Of a stretch of 32,000 nucleotides of DNA, positions 9,424 to 18,806 are shown in pieces (positions within the stretch are counted from its first letter, which is position 1; every line of letters starts with the position of its first letter). Under the pieces are notes generated by a model that saw only the letters and a program-made list of their open reading frames with translations, was not told the DNA's origin and ran no database searches. The translations under genes and the position numbers were made by a program. Source of the stretch: Acidothermus cellulolyticus 11B. Lineage in GTDB: Bacteria; Actinomycetota; Actinomycetes; Acidothermales; Acidothermaceae. The stretch lies in the NCBI RefSeq assembly GCF_000015025.1, contig NC_008578.1, positions 2,220,001 through 2,252,000 of the forward strand. The letters are read 5' to 3'.

Positions 9424-10458
9424 TTGGTGCACGTCGCATTGCTCGTCGGCACCGCAGTCGTCATCTACGTCGCCTGTGAGTGGTTCGTCAACGCCATCGA
9501 GTGGCTTGGGCTGCACCTGCGCATCGGGCCGATTGCCGTGGGGACGATTCTCGCCGCGGTGGGCACCGCCTTGCCGGAGAGCGTCGTCACTTTTGTCGCC
9601 GTCGTCTTCGGGCACAGTGCAACGTTTGACGCCATCGGGATGGGTGCCGCACTCGGCGGACCCCTGGTACTCGCGACGATTGCCTACGCGGTGGTCGGCT
9701 TTGTGCTTTTGTTGCGCGGACGGCGCCAGGTCGTGATGCGAAACACGAGGCCTGCGTCCGGAAATCCGGCCTGGGAATCCGATAGTGACGTCGAAGTCCC
9801 GACCAAACAACTCGTCCGCGACCAGCGGTGGTTCCTCGCGGTGTTCGTGGTCAAGGTTGGGCTGGGGCTCGTGACATTCGCCGTCAAACCGTGGTTGGGA
9901 TTTGCATTCTTCGCGGTCTACATCGTGTATTTCATACGTGAAGTATCAGCGGGCGGCGAACACGACGAATCCACTCTGGAACCGTTGAAACTAACGCCGC
10001 GCACGGTGCGGCCGCATGTCGGTGCCGTTGTCGCACAGACCGTGGGAGCACTCGCCGCAATTTTCGTTGCCTCGCAACTGTTCGTCGACCAGCTTGCCTG
10101 GGCCGGCAAAACCCTTGGGCTTTCCGCAAGCGTCGTCGCGCTGCTCCTTTCCCCGGTGGCCACCGAGCTTCCAGAAACCATCAACGCCCTCATCTGGGTG
10201 CGGCAAGGAAAGACACAACTCGCGCTCGCCAATATTTCCGGAGCGATGATGATTCAGGCAACGGTTCCGAGCGGTTTCGGGTTGCTCTTCACGCCGTGGC
10301 GGTTCGACGGGCCGCTTCTGCTGTCCGGCCTGGCGACCATGGTGGCGATCGGCTATCTGCTCGCGACGATCGGCCGTCACCGGCTGAGCAGCGCCCGGCT
10401 GGCATACGCGGCCGTTCCGTACGCCGGATTCGCCGCCGGGCTGATCTTCCTCCGGTGA
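9424..10458 (+). CDS. CaCA-family cation (Ca2+/Na+-type):H+ antiporter membrane protein
   Basis: ORF 9373..10458. The start is assigned to TTG 9424 (or GTG 9427), just after the GGGAGGAGG SD. Two alpha-repeat signatures are present, AAVGTALPESVV and SPVATELPETINAL. Confidence 0.8.
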   Translation: MVHVALLVGTAVVIYVACEWFVNAIEWLGLHLRIGPIAVGTILAAVGTALPESVVTFVAVVFGHSATFDAIGMGAALGGPLVLATIAYAVVGFVLLLRGRRQVVMRNTRPASGNPAWESDSDVEVPTKQLVRDQRWFLAVFVVKVGLGLVTFAVKPWLGFAFFAVYIVYFIREVSAGGEHDESTLEPLKLTPRTVRPHVGAVVAQTVGALAAIFVASQLFVDQLAWAGKTLGLSASVVALLLSPVATELPETINALIWVRQGKTQLALANISGAMMIQATVPSGFGLLFTPWRFDGPLLLSGLATMVAIGYLLATIGRHRLSSARLAYAAVPYAGFAAGLIFLR

Positions 10459-10554
10459 GAGTCGGGCGGCCCTTGGGTACGCCCGCGCGGGCGGGCCGGC
10501 GCCGGGAAGGAGACGGATCACGACGAAGCGCAGGCGAAGCCGCCTCAGGGAAAG

Positions 10555-10630
10555 TGGAGCCGCCTCGGGGATTCGAACCCCGGACCTACGCATTACGAGT
10601 GCGTTGCTCTGCCGGCTGAGCTAAGGCGGC
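10555..10630 (-). tRNA. tRNA-Thr (anticodon CGU), CCA encoded
   Basis: The reverse complement reads GCCGCCTTAGCTCAGCCGGCAGAGCAACGCACTCGTAATGCGTAGGTCCGGGGTTCGAATCCCCGAGGCGGCTCCA. It has a 7-bp acceptor stem, a D arm GCTC/GAGC, an anticodon stem ACGCA/TGCGT with loop CTCGTAA, and a T arm CCGGG-GTTCGAATC-CCCGA/G. Confidence 0.92.
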
Positions 10631-10673
10631 GGACGCTCAGCAGTGTAACGGGGTCACGGCCGGAGCGACCGGG

Positions 10674-10694
10674 CTGGCCGGATCAGCCGGCCAG
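10674..10694 (-). terminator. Stem-loop downstream of the PSP1 gene (possible intrinsic terminator, no U tract)
   Basis: CTGGCCGG (10674-10681) pairs with CCGGCCAG (10687-10694) around a 5-nt loop, 19 nt downstream of the PSP1 stop codon. Confidence 0.35.
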
Positions 10695-10712
10695 GCGGCG
10701 GGCCCTGCGCGA

Positions 10713-11552
10713 TCACTCCTGCGGCTCGCGGCGGCCGTACCGCTCCTCGTAGCTGCGGCGCGAACCGCACACGCTCGCCTTCGGACACACGCACCGTTCT
10801 CCAGTCGCGGTGAGCTTCACGACCACGTTTCCGGCCGGGACGTTGTAGCCGACGAGCACCCCGTCGCCGTCCGGTGTGGAGACCCGGCTCCCGATCCGCG
10901 GGAGATCCGCCTTGAATTCGGCGTACAACGGATGCTCGTATTTCAGGCAGCACATGAGCCGTCCGCAGGCACCGGAAATCCGCAGCGGATTCGCCGGCAA
11001 ATCCTGGTCGCGTGCCATGCGGACCGAGACCGGCTCAAAGTCCTTGAGAAAAGTCGAGCAACACGTGTCCCGGCCGCATGGGCCGATCGCCGTCTGCACA
11101 CGAGCCTCGTCGCGGGCGCGCAATTGCCGCAGCTCCACACGTGCGTCCAATTCCGCCGAGAGAGCGCGGACCAACGCCCGGAAATCCACCCGGTGCGGCG
11201 CGCTGAAATAGAACAGGAACGTATTGTCGGCGTCCAGAAAATCAACCCCGACCAGCTTCATCGGCAGGCTGTGTTCGCGGATCAACCGGCGGGCGACCAC
11301 CCGGGCGTGCGCCCGTCGCCCGCGGTTCCGCTCGTCACGGGCAAGATCGGCGTCCGTGGCAAACCCGGCGCAGACCGGCAGACCCTCGATCTCCTCGGAC
11401 ACGTACGTCGGGGGCCAGACGCACTCGGCAACCTCGTTGCCCGCCGTTGTCGGGTACAGCACCTTGTCGCCGACCTTCGGGGCGTACGGCCCGGGGTCAA
11501 GGTAATACAGCCTCCCGTATCGGTTGAAGCTGACGGCCATCATCATGCCCAC
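10713..11552 (-). CDS. PSP1 C-terminal domain protein (RicT/YaaT-like)
   Basis: The N-terminus is AVSFNRYGRLYYLDPG..., followed by GPCGRDTCCSTFL and CGRLMCCLKYE cysteine motifs typical of PSP1/RicT. Start candidates are GTG 11552 and ATG 11546/11543/11540. Confidence 0.8.
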   Translation of the reverse strand: MGMMMAVSFNRYGRLYYLDPGPYAPKVGDKVLYPTTAGNEVAECVWPPTYVSEEIEGLPVCAGFATDADLARDERNRGRRAHARVVARRLIREHSLPMKLVGVDFLDADNTFLFYFSAPHRVDFRALVRALSAELDARVELRQLRARDEARVQTAIGPCGRDTCCSTFLKDFEPVSVRMARDQDLPANPLRISGACGRLMCCLKYEHPLYAEFKADLPRIGSRVSTPDGDGVLVGYNVPAGNVVVKLTATGERCVCPKASVCGSRRSYEERYGRREPQE

Positions 11553-11655
11553 GTCTCGACCCTAGACCGCCCGCAACGACCGACGCGGCCTGTCTGGGCG
11601 AGCGCTCCGGCGGCCGCCGGGTCAGGCAGCGACGGAGCGAGGGGCCGGGCCAGGC

Positions 11656-11694
11656 CACGACGGAGCGGGGGCCGGTCACCTCCGGCGGCGTACC
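11656..11694. repeat. Left copy of the 39-nt imperfect direct repeat flanking the island
   Basis: The sequence cacgacggagcgggggccggtcacctccggcggcgtacc matches 20220-20258 at 34 of 39 positions, and the first 16 nt are identical. A partial extra copy, cgacggagcgaggggccgg, lies at 11630-11648. Confidence 0.75.
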
Positions 11695-11920
11695 TTCTCT
11701 GTCCACATGCCTGCGGTGCGGTAGTAACGGCATTACGGAAGATCGGGAGCGTAGCGAAGGGGGTGCAGCTCCTGCGATGACCGAGCGCGCCGCTGGCGCG
11801 GCGACGAAGCACTGGTGATCACGGCATCGTCATCGTCCATCAGGAACCGCGGGTGTGCTCGTCGAGACACCTCGGCTTTTGAGCTAAGGACACGCGATTG
11901 CGAAATATACGTGGCTCACG

Positions 11921-13723
11921 CTACCCGAGAAACCCCGGAATGTCGTCGTGCCCGTTGAGCACGGCTCGATCGAGGCCACGATTGAACGCCTCACAGGAGG
12001 TCTCGGGCACCAGCAGACAGTGGTGACACGCCCCTGGAGCGGAACCACTTCCGCGAGGTCCGGGCGCATCCTCTCCGCACACCGGGTCCGTGGCGCACCA
12101 TGACGCTGCGTCGACCGCAGCTTCGAGGATGTCGCTAAGCTGGCCCGGTGTGCCCAACTCGACTAGGCCACCGAGGGTGCCGTGCAGGTCTCCGGAAGCG
12201 GTATAAACGAGAAACCCAGTGCGCTCGTCCACCGCGAATATCCGTTCCCGAAGTGATGGAAGCGGGTATCCTGCGTGCGGCGCGGCGGCCCGCATCACAA
12301 GATGGGCTAACGTGTGAGCAAGCAGCCACCTCAACCGCTGCGATTCAGGTCCTGGGGGTGCGGCCCGCGCAGCGGCCGCCAAGCGGCTGTCACCGGCCAC
12401 GCGACCCGCCCACCTTGCCACTGCGACTGGCTCAAGGAGAAGCAGTATGCCCTCGCCGAAAACCTGGTATCCCGGCAACCAGTCGTCTGGCGAGTCCTTA
12501 GCGAAATCCTTTGGACGCGGCTTTCCCCAGAGCTGCGCGTAGCCTATCTCCGGGTCCGGCGCTATTGGCTCGACACGGCAGAATCCCACACAAACCCGCG
12601 TCTCGCGCAGCCTCGGAACCAGACTGACCGCCGCAAGGCAACGGCCGAGGCGGCTGTGCTGGAATTTGCCAATATCCTGTGGTTCGACAATAAGGTCCGG
12701 CAGCCTTGCCGTAATCCGTCGTGGATGGTCAGATGACAACAGCGCATTTAATTCTCGAGTACGCAATTCTTGGACGTGTCGAGGTACACTGACCCGACCA
12801 CTCTGTATAGCCTTGAGATGGCGTGTCACCTCAGCAGCATCGGTATGGATGCCCAAGCGTTCGGCAGTCTCCACGATCTTCTCGATGACCTCAGTCCTAC
12901 GAGTTAGTCGACTCAACGTCCGCAGCGTTGCATTCTCCGTCAGAGCGTGGAGTAGAGCCGGGTTGTCTGCGTCGGCCAGCGGTATGGTGAGACTTGACAG
13001 TTGCCATGCATAGTACGCAGCCGTCGACGTTCGTTCCAGCGGGCGAGCACAATGTGTACACGTCTCCGGCTCGGAGTGTGGCAGCCATGGGCGGGCGCCG
13101 GTGCACCTGAAGGTGGTATTTGGATCGAACTGCGCGCTTCGGCTGCAACTTTCGCAATTTAGATACGGACGATCAGCTACATCGGACACACGGTAGCGCA
13201 CGTCCGGAGCGCGACAGGATGAGCCGGGTAGAGCGTGCAGCCAGCCGACCCAGTCGATGTCGTCGAGATGACCAGCTGGGCAAGCGAGTACCAGCGCAGT
13301 CTGGAATGTCGGCCACGAGCGTCGTTTAGAGCTCGGCGGCGTACACGCGTTGCACCGTCCTGGGCTAGCATCCGCAGGACTGCGGTAAATCAGCCGAAAG
13401 CACTTAGGATTCGAACATGCTTCGACAAGCGGAAAGCGCGCCGCGGGCAGTAGCCAATCGCGATCTTTCTTTGGGTTACTACCGGACGGCCACGGCATGA
13501 CGAAGCGCGCAACGCCCGTTGCCGCCTGCAGGTTCGTGTCATTGATGGTCAACTCATCAAGCACGGGGACAGATCCAGAAGGGCGCTTCGGTAACGACTT
13601 CAGCCACGTCGCTGGCGCACAGACCACCGCGCTGACCCGGTCGCGGGTCAGCAGCAGCGCGCCGGGACCAAACGGGGCGATGACATGCGCCCGCCGGAGA
13701 GGCGTCACAGAGCGACTCACCAT
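11921..13723 (-). CDS. DUF1998 domain protein, DrmB-like
   Basis: 600 aa. The N-terminus is LRRAHVIAPFGPGALLL. The N-terminal half carries Cys clusters (C103/C108/C124/C127; C190/C193/C207; C222/C225). The C-terminal block reads LLAHTLAHLVMR...SLRERIF...LVYTASGDLHGTLGGLVELG...WCATDPVC...CHHCLLVPETSCEAFNRGLDR. The start overlaps the upstream stop (ATGGTGA). Confidence 0.8.
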   Translation of the reverse strand: MVSRSVTPLRRAHVIAPFGPGALLLTRDRVSAVVCAPATWLKSLPKRPSGSVPVLDELTINDTNLQAATGVARFVMPWPSGSNPKKDRDWLLPAARFPLVEACSNPKCFRLIYRSPADASPGRCNACTPPSSKRRSWPTFQTALVLACPAGHLDDIDWVGWLHALPGSSCRAPDVRYRVSDVADRPYLNCESCSRSAQFDPNTTFRCTGARPWLPHSEPETCTHCARPLERTSTAAYYAWQLSSLTIPLADADNPALLHALTENATLRTLSRLTRRTEVIEKIVETAERLGIHTDAAEVTRHLKAIQSGRVSVPRHVQELRTRELNALLSSDHPRRITARLPDLIVEPQDIGKFQHSRLGRCLAAVSLVPRLRETRVCVGFCRVEPIAPDPEIGYAQLWGKPRPKDFAKDSPDDWLPGYQVFGEGILLLLEPVAVARWAGRVAGDSRLAAAARAAPPGPESQRLRWLLAHTLAHLVMRAAAPHAGYPLPSLRERIFAVDERTGFLVYTASGDLHGTLGGLVELGTPGQLSDILEAAVDAASWCATDPVCGEDAPGPRGSGSAPGACHHCLLVPETSCEAFNRGLDRAVLNGHDDIPGFLG

Positions 13724-16700
13724 GCATCCTCCTCATCTACGTCGGTAGCAGAGTCCTGTCGGTGCATCACGCTCCTCCTTGCGCAGGGATCAGGCGGTAG
13801 CCAGTCCTCATCGATGCTTACCGCCGCGTAGGCATCGACGTTGCGCAGTGAGGTCAGCACCGCCCAACTGGCTTTATCAGGCGGCGCAGGATCCTCCAGC
13901 GCACGCAGAAACTGCGCGCCGTGGCGTCCGGCTGTACCCCAAGGCATTTTTTCGTTGATCGCGGCCCGTAGCTCGGTCACTGCGGCTCGTGTGAGGGCTT
14001 CAATACGCTCACCGACAGCTTTACCGACAAGAGCCCCTGCCCGGTCACGGATCGCGGCCGCGGCGGCCTCGACGAGCGGAACATCCGCTTCCACGACGTC
14101 TTTAAAGTCAGTTGAACGGATCTGACGTACAACCGCGGCTATCGTACTGCGCAAGCCCCTTGCTAGCGCAGCGTCCGTAAAAGGTGTAACACTCGCAGGC
14201 TCCACTGACCCGTAGAGTCGCTCGTGCACCGAGGTAAACCGCTCATAGTGGCTCATGTCACGGCCTGTCAACGGGTTGAGAAGCACAACCACGAGACCGG
14301 GCGCATTTGTCGGATCACGGCCGACTCGGCCCGCAACCTGGATGTACTGGGCTGAGGTCTTAGGCTGCCGCACGATCGTCAATAGTCCGAGTCGGTCAAT
14401 ATCAAGGCCGACCTCAATGACGCTGGTCGCCAACGCCAGATCAACCGTACCGCGCTCCCAACGGCGACGTGCAAGGCGTTCCAGTGCCTCGCTCGCCGCG
14501 TTACTCGACGCGCTGGTAAGCTCAATGTCCTCTAGCGTACGAATCGCGAGCCTTTGCTTACCCTTCTTAACCGGCCCAGTACGGACCCCTGTCGCCGACA
14601 CCAATCGCCACGCGTAACCACGAAGGTCGGTAGCAAGAAGTGCCTTCGCGTGACCGAGGTCCCGCAAGGAGCCAAAAAACACGAGATTCGTCCAGTAGGG
14701 GTCTACGCTAGCTCCGCACTGTTCAATCGCCGCAGCTGCATGCGCGAGGCTGGCGATTACGCGCATCTGTGTCCGAGGGAAACTGTTCACACCCGTGGCA
14801 CAGACGCCGACGAACTTGCGCGGCGGTATACGGTCGTCGCGTCGGGTAAAGAAGCGGTCGTCGATACTCAGGCCCGGCGGTGGGACTAGCCGGACCTGAT
14901 CGGCTGGGCAATTGTAGAGCGCTTCCGCCTGTCGGGCGTACGCCCGGGTTGTTGCCGTCGCGGCGACGACGTGAGGCGACTCACCCTTATCGTGACAGCA
15001 GAGTGCGTGCAGAGCGGACTCATAGAGAGCCACTAAGCTACCCAGCGGCCCGGAAATCAGATGCAGCTCGTCTTGGATGATCAGAGTGGGTGAAGGTCTT
15101 ACCCGCCGGCCCTGTCGATCGATGCCAAAGATGACACGGGCGTCTTCTTTCCACGCCAGCTGGGCGAACTTGTCCACGGTCGCAATTAAAAACGCCGGTG
15201 GTTTTTTGTAGATATCTTCATCGACTTCGTAGACCGGCAGACCACGACCGCCACTGCGAGCAAGGTGAAAGGCACAAACAGGATTCTCGCACGATGCCCG
15301 CACCCGGTAACTGTTCTCCAAGTGCTGCACGTCATACCCCAACACCCGTCCCTCGACGACACGCCCGATCTCGGTGGCGCACGCTGGACACCGGGAAAGT
15401 AGAAACGGCCTGGCATCACGACGAGCTTTTGCATCCTTCACAGTTTGCTCAAGCGCCTTAAGCGCATCTTCACGCCGGTTTGGGGTGCTGGCTTGGCCAA
15501 GCCAGACACCAATCGAAAACCGATCGTTGCCAAGTAGTTCACGGTTCTTTAACCGCAACGTCTCCAGCGCGCATATGAGCGACGCAGCTCGTTGTAGCTG
15601 CTGAGCCGTAAGTAGGCGCAGCGTGTAGCGCATGAGGACGGTGGTGCCGCCTGCATTCGATTGGGCGCGGCGTCGGTACAACATTGCAAAGGCTGCAAGT
15701 CCCAAGTACGCTTCAGTCTTCCCACCGCCGGTAGGCATCCATATGACGTCCACAACACCACGGCGCGGATGCCGGGGATTAATCACCGGGCAGAGGTTCG
15801 CGAGTAAGAATGCCAACTGGAACGGTCGCCATTTAGCAGGACCCGTTGTCGGCTCGGCGCCGTCAACCTGAACCTGGTCACCGACCAAGGTGACATGTCG
15901 CGTAGCCGCCGCATAGCTGCGGCGCTGCTGCGCCATTGCCACCGAAGCCCACTCTAGGCACTGACGTGCTATGCTATTGGTTTTGACGGTTTCCCATCCT
16001 TCTTCAATGGCGTCGGCAAAGGAACGACATACCTGCACATGCTTCTGTGCAGTCGCTCCTGCCGTGCCGGTGAGACGTGCAGCCTGCTCCTCGATTGAGG
16101 TGATCCAATCACGGTAGCTGCGAATCAGCCGCTCGACGGTGGCGACAGCCGATACTTCCCAGCGTCCAAGCCCATCCATGTCGACGGCGAGTGGGCCGTC
16201 CTCATCTTCGATGTCGGGTGTCGTCCCAGAGACTGCCGCAACCGGCAAGGCTTCCGTGCGCACAATGTCCTCACCTTTGACTCGGTGCACTACGGCGTCA
16301 ACTCCGTGTCCGACGGCACGAATGGGTGAATCCCTATATAAGAGCCGCAGGCTGGCGGCCTCCGCCGTTGTATCCGAGTCTCGTTCCGGGTAATCACACA
16401 GGAGACCTTCTGGGACGGCAACTGCAAGCTGTGAAGCGAATAGCACACGCTCAGCCAAGGCTGCTCCATTCCGCGGGGTGCGGTTTGCCAGATAACAGGT
16501 GACAACTCGCTTTCCGTCGGAAGATTTCCTTGCGCGGACACCTATTTCGAGATTTAGCGGATCGACGTCGATCAGCGTCTTTCCCCAAAATTCTGGCTGC
16601 TCGACCTGTAGCGAGAACGGTACCGTTCGGTCGATGGGTACGCGGTGCCAGGCTGTGCCCGGCTGACCGTTGGCTGTTGTATACGGGAATGGTTCGTAGC

Positions 16701-17205
16701 GCGCACCTGTCACTCGCAAGGTCAGTAACGGCGTCGTGTCACGTATTACGAAGGACACACCGAGTGACGACGGACGACCAGGGCGGTCCCTCGGCAAATT
16801 TTCGAGTACAACATCATCCTCGGCCATTCCGTGGCCGGACTCGCCTCCTCGTGTCGCGAATGGTTCGGGAATGGAATTTCCTGGATCCGTATCTAGATCT
16901 TCATCGGCTTCGTCTGGTCTAACCGGCGCCTGCTCAGCGTCGAGTATGTGTTCTTCGCTAAGGTCAAGCTCCATCGGGTACAGAACACCGATGATGTATC
17001 GGGATGTCGGCGAGGCCAAGAGGATTTCCTCGCCGTCGTCGGCAACGAAGAGTCGATCCCGACCCAACCGTCCGACCATGGAATATCCGCGCTCAATGCG
17101 CTTGGCCGTAGCCCCAGGATATATACCGGACTTGTCGACAAGCGGGCCGACCAGGTCTCGGCGGAGCGCATCGATAATCGCATCGCGGGTCTGTTCTGGT
17201 GTCAT
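13717..17205 (-). CDS. Large SF2 (DExH) helicase, DrmA-like
   Basis: 1162 aa. Motif I is MPTGGGKTEAY (15706-15738), motif II DELH (15061-15072), motif III AATAT, and motif VI QYIQVAGRVGR (14317-14349). The ~480-aa N-terminal region contains SRYIIGVLYP and an acidic stretch. A CxxC...Cx4C insertion lies between motifs I and II. The ATG overlaps the upstream stop (ATGA). Confidence 0.85.
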   Translation of the reverse strand: MTPEQTRDAIIDALRRDLVGPLVDKSGIYPGATAKRIERGYSMVGRLGRDRLFVADDGEEILLASPTSRYIIGVLYPMELDLSEEHILDAEQAPVRPDEADEDLDTDPGNSIPEPFATRGGESGHGMAEDDVVLENLPRDRPGRPSSLGVSFVIRDTTPLLTLRVTGARYEPFPYTTANGQPGTAWHRVPIDRTVPFSLQVEQPEFWGKTLIDVDPLNLEIGVRARKSSDGKRVVTCYLANRTPRNGAALAERVLFASQLAVAVPEGLLCDYPERDSDTTAEAASLRLLYRDSPIRAVGHGVDAVVHRVKGEDIVRTEALPVAAVSGTTPDIEDEDGPLAVDMDGLGRWEVSAVATVERLIRSYRDWITSIEEQAARLTGTAGATAQKHVQVCRSFADAIEEGWETVKTNSIARQCLEWASVAMAQQRRSYAAATRHVTLVGDQVQVDGAEPTTGPAKWRPFQLAFLLANLCPVINPRHPRRGVVDVIWMPTGGGKTEAYLGLAAFAMLYRRRAQSNAGGTTVLMRYTLRLLTAQQLQRAASLICALETLRLKNRELLGNDRFSIGVWLGQASTPNRREDALKALEQTVKDAKARRDARPFLLSRCPACATEIGRVVEGRVLGYDVQHLENSYRVRASCENPVCAFHLARSGGRGLPVYEVDEDIYKKPPAFLIATVDKFAQLAWKEDARVIFGIDRQGRRVRPSPTLIIQDELHLISGPLGSLVALYESALHALCCHDKGESPHVVAATATTRAYARQAEALYNCPADQVRLVPPPGLSIDDRFFTRRDDRIPPRKFVGVCATGVNSFPRTQMRVIASLAHAAAAIEQCGASVDPYWTNLVFFGSLRDLGHAKALLATDLRGYAWRLVSATGVRTGPVKKGKQRLAIRTLEDIELTSASSNAASEALERLARRRWERGTVDLALATSVIEVGLDIDRLGLLTIVRQPKTSAQYIQVAGRVGRDPTNAPGLVVVLLNPLTGRDMSHYERFTSVHERLYGSVEPASVTPFTDAALARGLRSTIAAVVRQIRSTDFKDVVEADVPLVEAAAAAIRDRAGALVGKAVGERIEALTRAAVTELRAAINEKMPWGTAGRHGAQFLRALEDPAPPDKASWAVLTSLRNVDAYAAVSIDEDWLPPDPCARRSVMHRQDSATDVDEEDAW

Positions 17206-18806
17206 GCGCCCACCTTCCTCGACAACGTGGTCACACGGCAGCCATGATCGTCAAACAAAGCGCCGAGGCAGCTCAGAGGAACCGGAACCGGCTCTTCAAT
17301 GCGAGCTGTCACCATAGCGAGTAGGAGCGTACCGAGGTCGCTAACGTCCAGTACGGCCCATCCGTTGCGATCTACATCGCTCGCCCAGCGTCGATCTTTC
17401 AAGCACTCGAGCAAATCGCGCCGAATCTCCTCGCCGGCTTGCTGGCGGGCGATGCGAATCCTGACCAGGTCGTCGAAGTGTGCGGCCAGATGCTCAACTC
17501 CAATGACCTTTGTCAGGGCTTCAAACGCCGTAGAACGCCGTGGAGCGATGTAAGACTCGTCGAGGGGACTGCGAAGCAACGTACGCGCGTACTCGCCATC
17601 GCCGAGTATGTCGGTCAGCTGGCGCCACAGTGTGTCGTGACCTTCGCGGTCAAGCGCGCGACGCAGAGCTTTTCTGATTTGGTCCGGGTATCCAGATACC
17701 CGTTCGATCTTCTTAAGCGTCCAGCCAGAACGACTCAACCACTCATTGGCGCGCACGACAATCTGCATATGGGGAGCCGTAGCGCAGCGCACAGCGAGCA
17801 CGTCGCCACGTTCGATTGCTTGGACTGGGCAGGGTAATAAGATAACCGCGCCGGCCTCATCGTCTACGCTTACGACATACGGCCGTGGACCAAGTTCGTT
17901 ATGGAAGAAGATCGCGTGTCCGGACCTGAGTTGGATCTCGACCGCCATCGTCTCGCCGACGCTCGAGGGAGCCTGTAGGCGTGAGATTCGACGCACCGAA
18001 GAAGGGGTTTCTACCGCGCAAGCCCAGTCGCGCGAGCTCTCTATGGGCTGTGCTGGACCGTCGTCGCACACGGATAGTTGCGGATGCGCCTCCGAGGGGA
18101 GCAACCAGATATCATCGGCTGGTAGCGTCGGCGCATCGACCGTCAGCACAACGCGGACCTTTGTCGCTGCCGGCGCTGTCAGGAGCCACCCGTATTCCCG
18201 GAGGATAACATCCTGGCCGCGGAACGGCGAAGCAAACGCAATCGCCGGATGGCCAAGGATAATGCAGACGCGTCGTATGTCGGACCGGGTTCGCAGGTCA
18301 GACGCTATAGCGACGTCGACACAGTCAAACTCTTCGGCGGCAAGCCAGTCCTGTATGGGATCCATCCACTCCGGACGAGGCACTGCTAAGACCGCCTCGG
18401 GAGTGCCATCTAGTGCTGCACCATACTCCGACAGAAGCTCCCCGAGCGCCGATGCCACCGGTGATTGAGTAGCAAACAGTTCGCGCAAAGCCTCCGTAAG
18501 CGATGCTGCACTTTGCCACAGTGTGTGGCCGGGCCTGTCGACAAGAAATTGCTCCAAGTCTTTAATTAGGAACCCAATGCCAGTAAGCTCGTGTGCTGGC
18601 CACAAAGGGGTGCACGTGAGCACCTTTCGCGCATCGAACACTCCGCGAAGCACTTTACCAGCTATTGTGGACGTCTCGACATGGGGTCGAAATGCCTTTG
18701 CCACTTGAAGCACGCGCGCGAGTTCCGGCCAAGAGACGCGGGTCACAACGACAGCCGGTGACTCCGCGCAATGCCACATCTCGAATAATGCCTGTAGCTC
18801 GCTCAC
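17202..18806 (-). CDS. Hypothetical protein B of the island operon (no recognisable domain)
   Basis: The ORF is open over 17202..18851 (TTG at 18851). I prefer GTG 18804-18806 because it overlaps the upstream TGA (GTGA coupling); ATG 18779 is another option. The lower-GC codon usage includes tandem TTA-TTA at 17835-17840. I could find no Walker A, HxK (PLD), HNH or methyltransferase motif. Confidence 0.6.
   Translation of the reverse strand: MSELQALFEMWHCAESPAVVVTRVSWPELARVLQVAKAFRPHVETSTIAGKVLRGVFDARKVLTCTPLWPAHELTGIGFLIKDLEQFLVDRPGHTLWQSAASLTEALRELFATQSPVASALGELLSEYGAALDGTPEAVLAVPRPEWMDPIQDWLAAEEFDCVDVAIASDLRTRSDIRRVCIILGHPAIAFASPFRGQDVILREYGWLLTAPAATKVRVVLTVDAPTLPADDIWLLPSEAHPQLSVCDDGPAQPIESSRDWACAVETPSSVRRISRLQAPSSVGETMAVEIQLRSGHAIFFHNELGPRPYVVSVDDEAGAVILLPCPVQAIERGDVLAVRCATAPHMQIVVRANEWLSRSGWTLKKIERVSGYPDQIRKALRRALDREGHDTLWRQLTDILGDGEYARTLLRSPLDESYIAPRRSTAFEALTKVIGVEHLAAHFDDLVRIRIARQQAGEEIRRDLLECLKDRRWASDVDRNGWAVLDVSDLGTLLLAMVTARIEEPVPVPLSCLGALFDDHGCRVTTLSRKVGA

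Noticed and set aside
8810-9439. 209-aa minus-strand ORF, and plus-strand ORFs 8592..9275 and 9025..9324, as possible genes (for example a missing fbiA).
   Set aside because: The translations are Pro/Arg/Gly low-complexity sequence driven by the G-rich repeats. They do not resemble FbiA (CofD), and they overlap the riboswitch and repeat region.
10555-10630. tRNA-Thr as the integration site of the island.
   Set aside because: The PSP1 gene lies between the tRNA and the island. The flanking 39-nt direct repeat has no similarity to the tRNA 3' end.
11785-11801. GC hairpin (cgcgcc-gct-ggcgcg) considered as the operon terminator.
   Set aside because: The stem is only 6 bp and there is no U tract. 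It lies 120 nt past the stop codon, which is too weak to call.
11733-11840. 35-codon minus-strand ORF (MDDDDAVITSASS...) downstream of the DUF1998 gene, considered as a possible small fifth gene.
   Set aside because: It has no SD and is not coupled to the operon (an 80-nt gap). It is short and low-complexity, and cannot be told apart from chance.
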